64,000 nt of DNA from positions 8 to 64,007 of the forward strand of contig JAYWEM010000104.1 of the NCBI GenBank assembly GCA_043779265.1. The letters are read 5' to 3'. The stretch's first letter is position 1; each line of letters begins with the position of its first letter. Below are positions 37,897 to 47,070 of this stretch, piece after piece. The notes beneath the pieces are model-generated. The model saw nothing but the letters and a program-made list of their open reading frames with translations. It had not been told where the DNA came from and did no database searches. The stretch comes from a bacterium. Its GTDB lineage: Bacteria; Eisenbacteria; RBG-16-71-46. Made by a program: the position numbers and the translations under genes.

Positions 37897-39922
37897 AGCC
37901 GATATCCTTCAGTAGGTCATTGAGCGCTGTCGTGGCCGCATGTGCCGTTATCTCCGCATCCCGCAGCGCAATCAGCGCGTCCTTGACCTCCACCCGCGGC
38001 TCAGGCTCAAACGTGTCCACGTAGCGCGGGATGTTGAGGTTGAACTCGTTCTCCTCGATCTCGTCGAGGCCCACGACGCGGGCGTGCTTGAACAGTTCGT
38101 CGGGATTGGCGTAGAGCGCCCGCAGCTCGTCACCTACCACCGCCACGTCCTTGCGATCGTCATCAGCACGGCGCCGCGCTTGGGCGATGCGCTCCTCGCG
38201 CTGGGCCACCTTCGCGGCTAGCTTCTCGCGGTGCTTTTCCAGCTTCGCGGTCGACGCAGCCATCTTCGCCTTCTCCTGTTTCGTCCCGGCCACCGACTCC
38301 TTCTGGCGCGCCTGGACCAGCTCGGCGTCCAGCGTCGCGAGCATGTTCGACTGCGGCTGATACTCCGCTTCGATCCGCCCAGTCTCCTCCGCCTCACGCA
38401 CGTCAATCTGCCGGCGGATGCGACCGCCGTGCTCGTCCACGAGAGCTGACAGCTTGGCCACGTCTCCGTATGCATGGATGTGAACGAGAATGCGCATTAC
38501 ATCCTGCGGGCGGAGCTCATTCTGCGCCGATAGCTCTCGGAAGTGGCGTGCCGCGTAGATGAGGAGCACCTTGTCGCGGCGATCCGCCGGGCGCTGCTTG
38601 CTCAAGATTAGCAAGCAGGCGGGCACGCCCGCGCCGTAGAACACGTTGAGCGGCAGCGAGATCACGGCGTCGATCAGGTGCGACTCGAGCAGCGCCTTGC
38701 GGATAAGGTGCTCGTCGTCCGCCTTGCGTCGCTTGACCTTCGGTTTGCTGTCGTCGTCAAGCTCCTCGGTTTCCTCCTCAACTTCCGGCTGCCCGCGGAA
38801 GAGCACGCCCTGCGGGCACACGATGCCGGCGCGCCCGGCATCGGTGAGCGAGGCGAGGATGTGCAGGATGAACGCGTAGTCGCCGTAGCCGGCCGGTGGC
38901 GCTTGGAAGCCGGTGCCACGGCCGAAACGGCCGAAGGGGTCTTTGAAGCCCTCCTTGCCGAAGGTCTCCTTCTTAAGCTTGTCCTTCTTCTTCTTGTCGT
39001 CGGTCTGCTGCTCCGGCTTCAACCACCAGAACTCGTCCGAGAAGGGGAAGTTCGCGAGCACCAAGGAGAACTTACGGACCTTGCCGTCGTCGAGGAACTG
39101 CGGGTCCGTGATTGTGCTGGCGCCCGCCTTGATCTCAGCTTCCAGGCCATGAAGGACCGAGTTGATCTTTCCGATGGCCGCGTTGCCCCAGTTCATTTCC
39201 TGGGCGGAGTAGCGGGCGCTGGTGGCGTGGTGGCCGTGCTCCCGCAGGTAGTCGGCCGCGTGCACGAGCATGCCACCGGAGCCCGCGGTGGGGTCGTAGA
39301 CGGTGTCGCCAGGCCGCGGCTCCAGGATGCGCACGAGCGTGTCGACGACCTCGGGTGGTGTGAAGAACTCGCCAGCCTTGGCGCCGGCGTCATCCGCGAA
39401 CTTCTTGATCAGGTACTCGTACGCCCGGCCCAGCACGTCCGAGGGAACGCTGCTGTTCGAGAGGTCGTGTTCGTCGAAGTGCTGGATCAGCGCGTGGACG
39501 ACTTCATTGGGAATGAGCGGCTTGCCCGAGCCGTCAGGAGCGGGCTGGTTCCAATCGACCGTGAAGACGCCCCGAAGCTCCTCGTTCGCGTCCGCTACCG
39601 CGCGCATCGCCTTCGTCAGCGTCTCGCCGATGTTCGTCGAGGCGGCCTTCACATCGCCCCAGCGGGATCCGTCGGGGATCTGGAAGCGGTGCTCGCCGCG
39701 CTTCCGGAATACGGCCTTCTCCTTGTCGCTGAACTTGCGGCCCTGCTGGCGCTCGAGCTCGGCAATGGCGTCGTCGGCTTCGCATTCCCACTGGTCGCAC
39801 AGGCGCTTGTAGAACATCAGAGACAGGATGTAGTTCTTGTAGTCCTGTCCCGCGGTCTTGCCCCGCAGGATGTTTGCCGCACCCCAGAGATGGGCTTCAA
39901 GCTGCTGGAGAGTGAGCTTCAT
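37886..39922 (-). CDS. hsdM: Type I R-M N6-adenine DNA methyltransferase subunit with an extended coiled-coil C-terminus.
   Basis: It has the N-terminal HsdM_N (LWGAANILRG), the SAM-binding motif I (TVYDPTAGSGGML) and NPPF in a form diverged to NFPF. At 678 aa it is about 150 aa longer than is typical. Confidence 0.8.
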   Translation of the reverse strand: MKLTLQQLEAHLWGAANILRGKTAGQDYKNYILSLMFYKRLCDQWECEADDAIAELERQQGRKFSDKEKAVFRKRGEHRFQIPDGSRWGDVKAASTNIGETLTKAMRAVADANEELRGVFTVDWNQPAPDGSGKPLIPNEVVHALIQHFDEHDLSNSSVPSDVLGRAYEYLIKKFADDAGAKAGEFFTPPEVVDTLVRILEPRPGDTVYDPTAGSGGMLVHAADYLREHGHHATSARYSAQEMNWGNAAIGKINSVLHGLEAEIKAGASTITDPQFLDDGKVRKFSLVLANFPFSDEFWWLKPEQQTDDKKKKDKLKKETFGKEGFKDPFGRFGRGTGFQAPPAGYGDYAFILHILASLTDAGRAGIVCPQGVLFRGQPEVEEETEELDDDSKPKVKRRKADDEHLIRKALLESHLIDAVISLPLNVFYGAGVPACLLILSKQRPADRRDKVLLIYAARHFRELSAQNELRPQDVMRILVHIHAYGDVAKLSALVDEHGGRIRRQIDVREAEETGRIEAEYQPQSNMLATLDAELVQARQKESVAGTKQEKAKMAASTAKLEKHREKLAAKVAQREERIAQARRRADDDRKDVAVVGDELRALYANPDELFKHARVVGLDEIEENEFNLNIPRYVDTFEPEPRVEVKDALIALRDAEITAHAATTALNDLLKDIGYAG

Positions 39923-40314
39923 GGCGGTCCGTGCCTTCCGTGGGCAGCATGTGAAGCGCCTGCCCCGGTGGACATCGCGCCAGCGTCGTACGGCCGGCCA
40001 AGCGAGCCAACGGGCCTAACAAGCGCCAGAGAACCCGCTGACCCTATCGGGATAGGGCTCCCTGCTCAAGTAATCCGGCCGCCGGGTTGACGCGCGATTC
40101 GGAAACGCTTCCATTCACCGGGCGTCGGCCCGCGTCCAGCAGGCCCGTGGACTTCTGAGCGCCCAAGATGCCCAAGCGCCGAAGGTGGACCCGAATGACG
40201 AAGACCCTAAGGTGAGCCGATCGCCTCTTCTTCGCCCGACGGATCGCTCAGCCGAGAAACATCTGGCAGGAGGATCTGGTCGACGCGAGCAGATTTGCCT
40301 CGCTTTGCAGCGAT

Positions 40315-41859
40315 ATGGGAATGCGCTGCAGCTCCGATGACGTGCTTCAAGTCTGGGCTGCTGGACTCTTGCGAGCTGATCTCGTCCACTGCGCGGCCCC
40401 TCTCCGTCGGCATGGCCTTGTCCGTGTCCAGGTCTTGCCGGATCGAACCGCGCTGTACGCGGATCTGCGACGCGCCCGCTCTCGGCCGCGCGGGTGGCTC
40501 AACGCCCTGAAGCGCGGCCTGGGAGTTGGCGGCTCTGCCCCGGAGCCACTCTTCCACCCATTTCGTTGTTTGGTGCTCGCCAATCTATGGCGGCAGTTCG
40601 AGGCTGGCTTCCATCCGCTTCAGTTCCTGATTAACGCGCGCGGTGCTCGCAGGGTCTTGGAACTGCACCGAGGGTCGATACAGGCGATCACGTCAAAGGT
40701 GGAGTTCCTCGAGGGAATCGAGCGGCTATCCGGCATCGTCGACATGGCGGTGGCCATCGAGCCCTTCGCGCTCCCAGCAATTCGGGGCTCTGTGAGGCTG
40801 TCAGTCGGCAGTCTTCAAACCCACGAGCGGCAGGTTCAGACCTATTGGCGCGCGGCAAGGCGTCGGCTTAGCTCCGTGGGACTGGACTCGATGGAGGCTA
40901 TGCGAAGGGAGTTGTGCATTCAGTCAGAGCTTGTCGACCGAAACCGGGCGCTCCAGACCGTGCTTCGACTAATGTCCGACTCACATCGACAACGCCTCCG
41001 AGGTGGCCTCGTCGGCGCAATGTTGTTGCGGTCTATGGCTGAGGTGCTCCGCCGCGGCGCTGAGAGCATCTTCGCTGCCCCGCTGCCAGAGGAGGATGAG
41101 ATCGGATTCGGGCGGTACTTCCCTGGGACGAAGGAGAGGCTCTACGGATCCGAGCGCCTTCTCGATGGTGACAGGGCAGTAGCGGAGCAGTTCCTTCGCG
41201 CGCATGGCCTGGACTACGGCGTGCGAGTGCGTTGGTACGTGGAAGGCGATACTGAGTTTGGGGCGTTGTCGAGCGCATTGGAGCGCGTTCATGCAATCGA
41301 CCTCGTGAATCTGCGAGGAGCCGTCGTCGAGAAGGGGGGCAAGTCGGTGGCCTTCCGCGACAGCCTCCGCGCGGACAAACGCACCCGCACGTTCAGCATG
41401 GTGTCCGTCGACGCCGACCGGCAGGACGTCGTGCGTTTGGTGAATCAGGCCGATCGGAACGGCGAGATTTGCGGCAATGTCTTCTTCCAGCAGCCTGATT
41501 TCGAGTTTGCCAACTTCACGCTGGATGAGTTGCAGGAGGCTCTGTTGATTATGGCGCGGAAGACCGGCGTCCCGCCGGCCGGATGCAGGAAGATTCGCCC
41601 ACTGACGCGAGACACGAAGTCTGCTGGCGAGCTTTGGCGCGCGCTACACAAAAAGCTGGGCGCACCGGCAGGCTTCAGCAAGGGCGCGGAGTGGGGAAGG
41701 GTATTGATTGAGCTGGCCTACGAGCGACCGAGTGCCCCTCCGCCGATTGTTTTATCCGACGGGCGGCGACCGATGCTCGAAGCGATCAACATCGCGCTGA
41801 GGAGTGTGATCTCGGACTACGAGCTTACGCGCGCGGCTGCCCTCGCGGTGCGTCGATGA
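40315..41859 (+). CDS. Hypothetical protein of 514 aa. Its C-terminal half has a TOPRIM/DUF4435-like motif (WYVEGDTEF). It is a candidate partner of the downstream SIR2-like gene.
   Basis: A long ORF with no Walker A motif. The start codon is uncertain. It is followed after 65 nt by the SIR2_2 gene on the same strand. Confidence 0.45.
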   Translation: MGMRCSSDDVLQVWAAGLLRADLVHCAAPLRRHGLVRVQVLPDRTALYADLRRARSRPRGWLNALKRGLGVGGSAPEPLFHPFRCLVLANLWRQFEAGFHPLQFLINARGARRVLELHRGSIQAITSKVEFLEGIERLSGIVDMAVAIEPFALPAIRGSVRLSVGSLQTHERQVQTYWRAARRRLSSVGLDSMEAMRRELCIQSELVDRNRALQTVLRLMSDSHRQRLRGGLVGAMLLRSMAEVLRRGAESIFAAPLPEEDEIGFGRYFPGTKERLYGSERLLDGDRAVAEQFLRAHGLDYGVRVRWYVEGDTEFGALSSALERVHAIDLVNLRGAVVEKGGKSVAFRDSLRADKRTRTFSMVSVDADRQDVVRLVNQADRNGEICGNVFFQQPDFEFANFTLDELQEALLIMARKTGVPPAGCRKIRPLTRDTKSAGELWRALHKKLGAPAGFSKGAEWGRVLIELAYERPSAPPPIVLSDGRRPMLEAINIALRSVISDYELTRAAALAVRR

Positions 41860-41924
41860 GGTGATCTGCGGGCACGCGTGCCCTCGGATGCGGGCGGAGT
41901 TACTCGCTTCGAAAGGGATTCATC

Positions 41925-43109
41925 ATGAGCGCAATCTTCATTCTGGGCTCGGGCGCGTCGAAGGCTGCCAACTCTCCGTCGGTGTGGGAGATCACGCGAG
42001 CCGTTCGTGAAGGTGTCGCAGTACACCTCCATACTGATGGAAGGCACTACCTAGCAAATCCGCCGCGCCCTTCTCTCGAGCATGCCGAGGTGGAGGTACA
42101 GCGAGCCGTCGCGGTGGTGCGCTGCGTCCTTCCGCTCATCCGTTTGCAGATGCGAAGCACCCCAAACTACGAAGAGGTCTACTTCCTGTTGCGGCAAGTC
42201 GCGGACCACCTGCTCTGGGACTTTGAGAATCCTGCGCTGCAGCCTTTGATCTACGAGATGGCTCGTCGCTGGGAAGAGTCCGCATGGCAGAAGAATCTCG
42301 CGGGCGACCCCGTCAGTCTCAGGGAAGCCCTCCTTCAGGCGTGTGACTACATCCATGATGTGACGTGGCGGCTGCTCGAACCCGTGTGCGCGTTCGGGCA
42401 CATGCTGAACTGGGCCTCGGCTGTCGGCGAACTCGGGGGTGATTGCGACGCTGTCGTAACCCTGAACCATGATGAACTCGCGCGGCGCGCTCTCGCGGAG
42501 TGCAGCATCGACTTCGAGGACGGCTTCGAGCCGCCGGGCGCCATCAGGCCATGGCGACCTGCCCGCCTCGACCGAAGTGGTCCGGTGAAGCTGATCCACC
42601 TTCATGGGGCTCTGAGCTGGTTCTGGTATGTGAGGGACGGGGATAGCGGGAGTCGGCAGTATCTGCTCCGGGTCGCGGGGGGCGACATCGATCACGTGCT
42701 CCATCCCTCGGGCGAGGCGATGATTCTCGCGGCCAACAGGCCTTGCCTGTCGATCGGAACTCACAACAAGGTGACCGCCTACTTCAGGCAGCCGTTCAAC
42801 GAACTCTACGGCCAGATGACTCGGCTCCTCCGGGAGGAGGGTGCGGTGACGCGGATCGTCCTTGCGGGGTACGGAGGCGCCGACAAGGGAGTCAACCTCC
42901 AGGTTTCCGACTGGATGCAGACCGGCGACGCTCGCGAAATCGTCCTCGTGCATCCAAACCCGACCAGCTGGCTCGCAAGTGCTCGGCCGCACCTGGCCAC
43001 CCAGTGGCCGATCTGGACAGCGGCAGGCCGGATCAAGACCATTTCCAAACCGTTCGAAGCCGTGACCCGCGAGGAGTGGATTGCGGCCGCTCGCGGCGCA
43101 AGTGCGTAG
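41925..43109 (+). CDS. SIR2_2-family protein (Thoeris ThsA-like NAD-binding or NADase domain).
   Basis: It starts MSAIFILGSGASKAA with the Rossmann GAGxS motif. VVTLNHDEL corresponds to the TTNYD motif. KLIHLHGALSW is the LHGS motif. Confidence 0.65.
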   Translation: MSAIFILGSGASKAANSPSVWEITRAVREGVAVHLHTDGRHYLANPPRPSLEHAEVEVQRAVAVVRCVLPLIRLQMRSTPNYEEVYFLLRQVADHLLWDFENPALQPLIYEMARRWEESAWQKNLAGDPVSLREALLQACDYIHDVTWRLLEPVCAFGHMLNWASAVGELGGDCDAVVTLNHDELARRALAECSIDFEDGFEPPGAIRPWRPARLDRSGPVKLIHLHGALSWFWYVRDGDSGSRQYLLRVAGGDIDHVLHPSGEAMILAANRPCLSIGTHNKVTAYFRQPFNELYGQMTRLLREEGAVTRIVLAGYGGADKGVNLQVSDWMQTGDAREIVLVHPNPTSWLASARPHLATQWPIWTAAGRIKTISKPFEAVTREEWIAAARGASA

Positions 43110-43166
43110 AAGGGGAGGCTTGTGGGCGTTTAGCTATGCGCTCGAGGCTGTCGTCGAGGAGGGCCG

Positions 43167-43766
43167 ATGGACCGGACAGTCATCAACCTGACGTCACTGT
43201 TATTGGGCGGCGCAGGGATCTTCGCGGTTCTTACGGAGTACAGCGTGAGAGAGCTCCGAAAGACCTACTGGGGGGAGAACCCCTTCGCGATCAAGGCGGA
43301 GGTGATCAAGGGGCTGACGACCTCCTTGTTCGTCGCGCTGGCAGTTGTGGCAACGCTTCTTCAGGCGATGGCCGAAATCGTTGGCGATCGACTCCCGGAG
43401 CGCAGGCACGGGCTGCCCGCATATGTGCTGTTCTTCCTTGTCGGTGTGGCCCTGGACGTCGGGATCGTTCGCGGGCTTGCCTGGCTCGGTCGGAAACTCG
43501 CACGACGGCGATGGTGGCCAGAGGTGATCAAGTCCCAGAGCGCTGCGTTCGTCGCAGCACGCGCGATCGTGCTCAACGATGGCTGGCGCGATGACCAGCT
43601 CGAGCTCAAAGACAAGCTCGATGACCAGCAGAAATACCGGGAGGCCAACTGGGAAGCCGCCGAGCGCTCAATCGCGCAGATCGAACGCCTATTGGAGCTC
43701 CCGCCACGCGGAGAACACGCCAAGGCCCGCCTGGCCCGACTGGCAGTGTACTTCGCCAGCGCTTGA
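43167..43766 (+). CDS. Small two-TM membrane protein with a C-terminal coiled coil. Possible membrane effector of the SIR2 module.
   Basis: It has two hydrophobic helices (LLLGGAGIFAVL and AYVLFFLVGVALDVGIV). GGAGGG lies upstream. Confidence 0.5.
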   Translation: MDRTVINLTSLLLGGAGIFAVLTEYSVRELRKTYWGENPFAIKAEVIKGLTTSLFVALAVVATLLQAMAEIVGDRLPERRHGLPAYVLFFLVGVALDVGIVRGLAWLGRKLARRRWWPEVIKSQSAAFVAARAIVLNDGWRDDQLELKDKLDDQQKYREANWEAAERSIAQIERLLELPPRGEHAKARLARLAVYFASA

Positions 43767-44000
43767 GGGCAGCGTGCCCGGTGCAGCGCCAGTGGCAGCG
43801 CCTACTCGCCTAGCCAGCACCCCGCTTCGTCACCGTTATCGGAGCGCATCGCCGAACCTCGCTGTGTCAGAACTGTGCTACAACGCTCGAACCACCACCG
43901 AGACTATCGGTCCTCATCGGTTCGCTAGTCGTCGCGTTCAGGCGCATTTGACGCGGGGTTCGGCGGTGTTGAGCCCTCTCCTGAATTGCCGGGTCTCGCA

Positions 44001-44030
44001 TTCAACTTCCAGTGGGCGTGGTCGAGCGGG
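44001..44030 (+). repeat. Right copy of the 30-bp direct repeat; the displaced original 3' end of the oxidoreductase gene.
   Basis: It is identical to 28132-28161. It continues in frame as FNFQWAWSSGTVAGRAVALK followed by a stop. Confidence 0.7.
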
Positions 44031-44223
44031 ACGGTTGCGGGGAGGGCGGTGGCCTTGAAGTAGCTTGCTGTAGTTGCCTGTTGCACAGTGTCTTACGGGA
44101 ATTCTGGGTGTCGCTCATCAGGGGTCAGGTCAGCCCCAAGGAGCGAATCCACGAGCTCCCGTCCCCACCGCCAGCCCCAAAAATGTCCTTGCCAAAAGGA
44201 CAACTGCGTCCGATATTGTCCCT

Positions 44224-45552
44224 ATGAAAATGACAATATCCCACGACATCCTTCGGCTGAAGCTCGCCGAGTCCCTGGCAGCGGACCCGCTCGTCGCCCT
44301 CACGAGGCGTGACGTAGTCCTGCCTGGCATCCCGGGCAAGGCGTTCGCGGTGATCGGCGTGCGCCGGGGGGGCAAGACCTCATTCTTGGCGCAGTGTCGG
44401 GCCGAGCGGATCGCTGGCGGCCGCTCCCGTGAGGCACAGCTCCTGATTTCACTCGAGGATGAACGGTTGTCTGGCCTATCGGTCGCGGACCTCGGCTGGT
44501 TGCTCGATGAGCACCTGCGCCAGTTCCCGGGGCTACGCGAATCGGGCGGGATGACGCTGTACTTGGACGAGGTCCAGACGGTCCCGGGCTGGGAGGGACT
44601 CGTCCGCCGCCTGATGGATAGGGGCGTCGTCGAGCTGTTCGTCTCGGGCTCCTCGGCCAAGCTGCTCTCGCGCGAGGTGGCGACCAGCCTGCGCGGCCGA
44701 GCCATGGAGGTACTCGTTCACCCTTTCAGCTTTCGCGAGGTGCTGCGTCATGCCGGGGCCGAGCCGCAGGAGCCCGCCCTGCGCCTTCGCCCCGCTGCCC
44801 GCGCGGCGCTGGATCAGCAGCTTCGCCGCTACCTCGCCGAGGGTGGCTTTCCAGAAGCGCAAGGAGCCACGCCCCGGGATCGGGCCGCGCTGCTGGGTGG
44901 ATACGTGGACGTGGTGGTGCTGCGCGACGTGATCGAGCGTCACGCGGTCAGCAATCCGCTGGCGCTGCGCTGGATCGAGCGGCAGCTTCTGGCCAATCCC
45001 GGCGGGTCATTCTCGGTGAAAAAGCACCACGACACCCTGCGCTCGCAGGGCGTGTCGGTAGGCAAGGACACATTGCACGACTACCTGGCCCACCTCGAGG
45101 ATGCATTCCTCGTGCGCACGGTGGCCATGCACAGCGCTTCGGAGCGCCAGCGCATGGTGAACCCGCGCAAGGCCTATCCCGTGGACCCGGGGTTGATCGC
45201 GCTCTTCGAGCGCAGTGGTCGCGCACACCACGGCCGCGCACTTGAAACCGTGATCCTGCTGGAACTCGAACGCCGCGGCTTCGAGGTCGCTTACGTGCGT
45301 ACGCCCGAGGGCTACGAGGTAGACTTCATTGCTCATCGCGCCGGGGACGCGCCGCTCCTGATCCAAGCGTGCTTGGAGAGTGAAGGCGACGAGACTTGGG
45401 AGCGAGAGCTGCGGGCGCTGGTCGCAGCCGCGTCGGCTTATCCCGCCGCCCGCCCCTTCCTGGTGACGCTCGACGCGGTCCCACCCAGCCGGCCCATGCC
45501 CAAGGGGTTCACCTGGGCGCCCGCCGCCCACTGGCTGCTGGAGGAGATGTGA
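44224..45552 (+). CDS. AAA-family ATPase with a DUF4143 C-terminal domain.
   Basis: It has a Walker A, GVRRGGKTS, and a Walker B, LYLDEVQ. The overall architecture matches AAA_14 plus DUF4143. Confidence 0.65.
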   Translation: MKMTISHDILRLKLAESLAADPLVALTRRDVVLPGIPGKAFAVIGVRRGGKTSFLAQCRAERIAGGRSREAQLLISLEDERLSGLSVADLGWLLDEHLRQFPGLRESGGMTLYLDEVQTVPGWEGLVRRLMDRGVVELFVSGSSAKLLSREVATSLRGRAMEVLVHPFSFREVLRHAGAEPQEPALRLRPAARAALDQQLRRYLAEGGFPEAQGATPRDRAALLGGYVDVVVLRDVIERHAVSNPLALRWIERQLLANPGGSFSVKKHHDTLRSQGVSVGKDTLHDYLAHLEDAFLVRTVAMHSASERQRMVNPRKAYPVDPGLIALFERSGRAHHGRALETVILLELERRGFEVAYVRTPEGYEVDFIAHRAGDAPLLIQACLESEGDETWERELRALVAAASAYPAARPFLVTLDAVPPSRPMPKGFTWAPAAHWLLEEM

Positions 45553-45735
45553 CAGTGCCCAAGCAGCTCCCCCTCTTCGAAATCGGCCTTGGGGTCGAGC
45601 AGTCCTAAGGAACTGACCCTGGATGACCTGAGCTCGCTCCAAGAGTTCGCCCGTACGAACGAAGATCCCCCATGATCGTCGGTCCAGTGCTGGAGCCCCC
45701 TGGAGTCGATCGAGTAGATCGCGGCCACAGTCGGC

Positions 45736-46926
45736 TCACTCGCCCTGATTGGCGCCGGCCGCGCCATCACGCAGGTGATCTCCAAGCTTTCCGAAGTGTT
45801 CGAACTTCAGGTCGAGGAACCTGGACGCGTCGACCGACGTGATGCGATTGGCGGCCAGCGCCTCGAGCACAAGTGTCGCGAAGGGGCGTCCCGCTCGATT
45901 CACCGCCTTCTCCACCGGCGTCGCAAATCCGCCTCGACGCGGCCGAAGCGTACCAACGTACTCATCCCACTTCTGTCGCCAGGCGTTGTACTTGGGCCAG
46001 GTCATGAATCCCGATTCCCGCAGCCTCGTGGCCATCGCGAGTGGAGTGATCCGGAACCGCCGTGCCAGTGACCGCACTTCCGGGAGGTCCCACGGCCTAT
46101 CGACTGCGCGCGAAGGCAGGGCATCCCGAAGCGCAGACTCCGGAACCAGTGCGTGACTTGCCGCACTCTCGGCGAATCGCTCGACCTCGGCCCATTCCCT
46201 CGCCGGCCGGCGCTCGCGGATGGCCGGCAACTCCTCCTTGCCGGCTGCGAGCATCACATGGACCAATTCATGGAACAGGGTGAACGCGCGAGCCTCGGGC
46301 ATTTCCTTGCTGTTGATCGCCACGACGGGGAGGGGGTCGCGCAGGATCGCGAGGCCGCGCACCTCTGCCAAGCTCACGCCAGGATAAAGGAAGACGAAAG
46401 CGCCCATCTCCTCGACCGCAGTGCGCCATGCGGCCCATGCGCGCCATTCGTTCGGCCACGCCAACTGAGTTGCGAGGCCGACGCCGGTGGCGTCGCGGAG
46501 ACGCGCCCCGACATCGGCTGCAGGCTCACGCAAGTGGGCTCGGAGCGCGAACGGCGCAACCTTCTCGCCCAGTTCCTCCATGAGATTCAGCGCATTCTCA
46601 CGGCGCGAGAGTACCTGGCGCAGGGCGATTCGCAGCTCAGGGGACTCTTGCCCGGGAGTAACACCCGAAAGCCTGCGGTACTCGGCACCCAGCGGCAGGA
46701 GTTGCGGGGGACGAGCTTGGAAGAAGACGCCCAGGGGGCGGCGGAGGAACTTGGCAAGTTCCTCGATCTGCCGTTCAGTCGGTTGGCGCTCGCCCATCTC
46801 CCAAGCCCGGACTCGTTCTTCCTTCACACCGAGCCGGCTCGCGACCCGGACAGTGGGGTAGCCACTCTCCTCGCGGGCCCACCGCAGGATCTCGGGGTTC
46901 ACTGGCATTGCAGGGTTGGGAGACAT
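45736..46926 (-). CDS. XRE HTH fused to an ImmA/IrrE-family metallopeptidase (second copy of this architecture in the window).
   Basis: The N-terminal HTH is VRVASRLGVKEERVRAWEMG. The HExxH motif is FTLFHELVHVML. The C-terminal region is typical of ImmA. Confidence 0.65.
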   Translation of the reverse strand: MSPNPAMPVNPEILRWAREESGYPTVRVASRLGVKEERVRAWEMGERQPTERQIEELAKFLRRPLGVFFQARPPQLLPLGAEYRRLSGVTPGQESPELRIALRQVLSRRENALNLMEELGEKVAPFALRAHLREPAADVGARLRDATGVGLATQLAWPNEWRAWAAWRTAVEEMGAFVFLYPGVSLAEVRGLAILRDPLPVVAINSKEMPEARAFTLFHELVHVMLAAGKEELPAIRERRPAREWAEVERFAESAASHALVPESALRDALPSRAVDRPWDLPEVRSLARRFRITPLAMATRLRESGFMTWPKYNAWRQKWDEYVGTLRPRRGGFATPVEKAVNRAGRPFATLVLEALAANRITSVDASRFLDLKFEHFGKLGDHLRDGAAGANQGE

Positions 46927-47070
46927 GACAACGAGAGCCTAGCCCTTCGCGGCATCCGTTGTCAGCTATCCCGCATGGCAAGGGCGTGTGAGGGGGCGTG
47001 GCCGGGCCGCCAGTCAGCCTGTAGGCTGAGTGAGAGTTGCTTTCGACCTCATGGGGAACAGGGCTGATCC

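Noticed and set aside
45438-45785. A 115-aa minus-strand ORF between the DUF4143 ATPase and ImmA. It is possibly a DUF4411-like partner of ImmA.
   Set aside because: It overlaps both flanking genes. It has no RBS and no recognisable motif. At best it is a decayed remnant.
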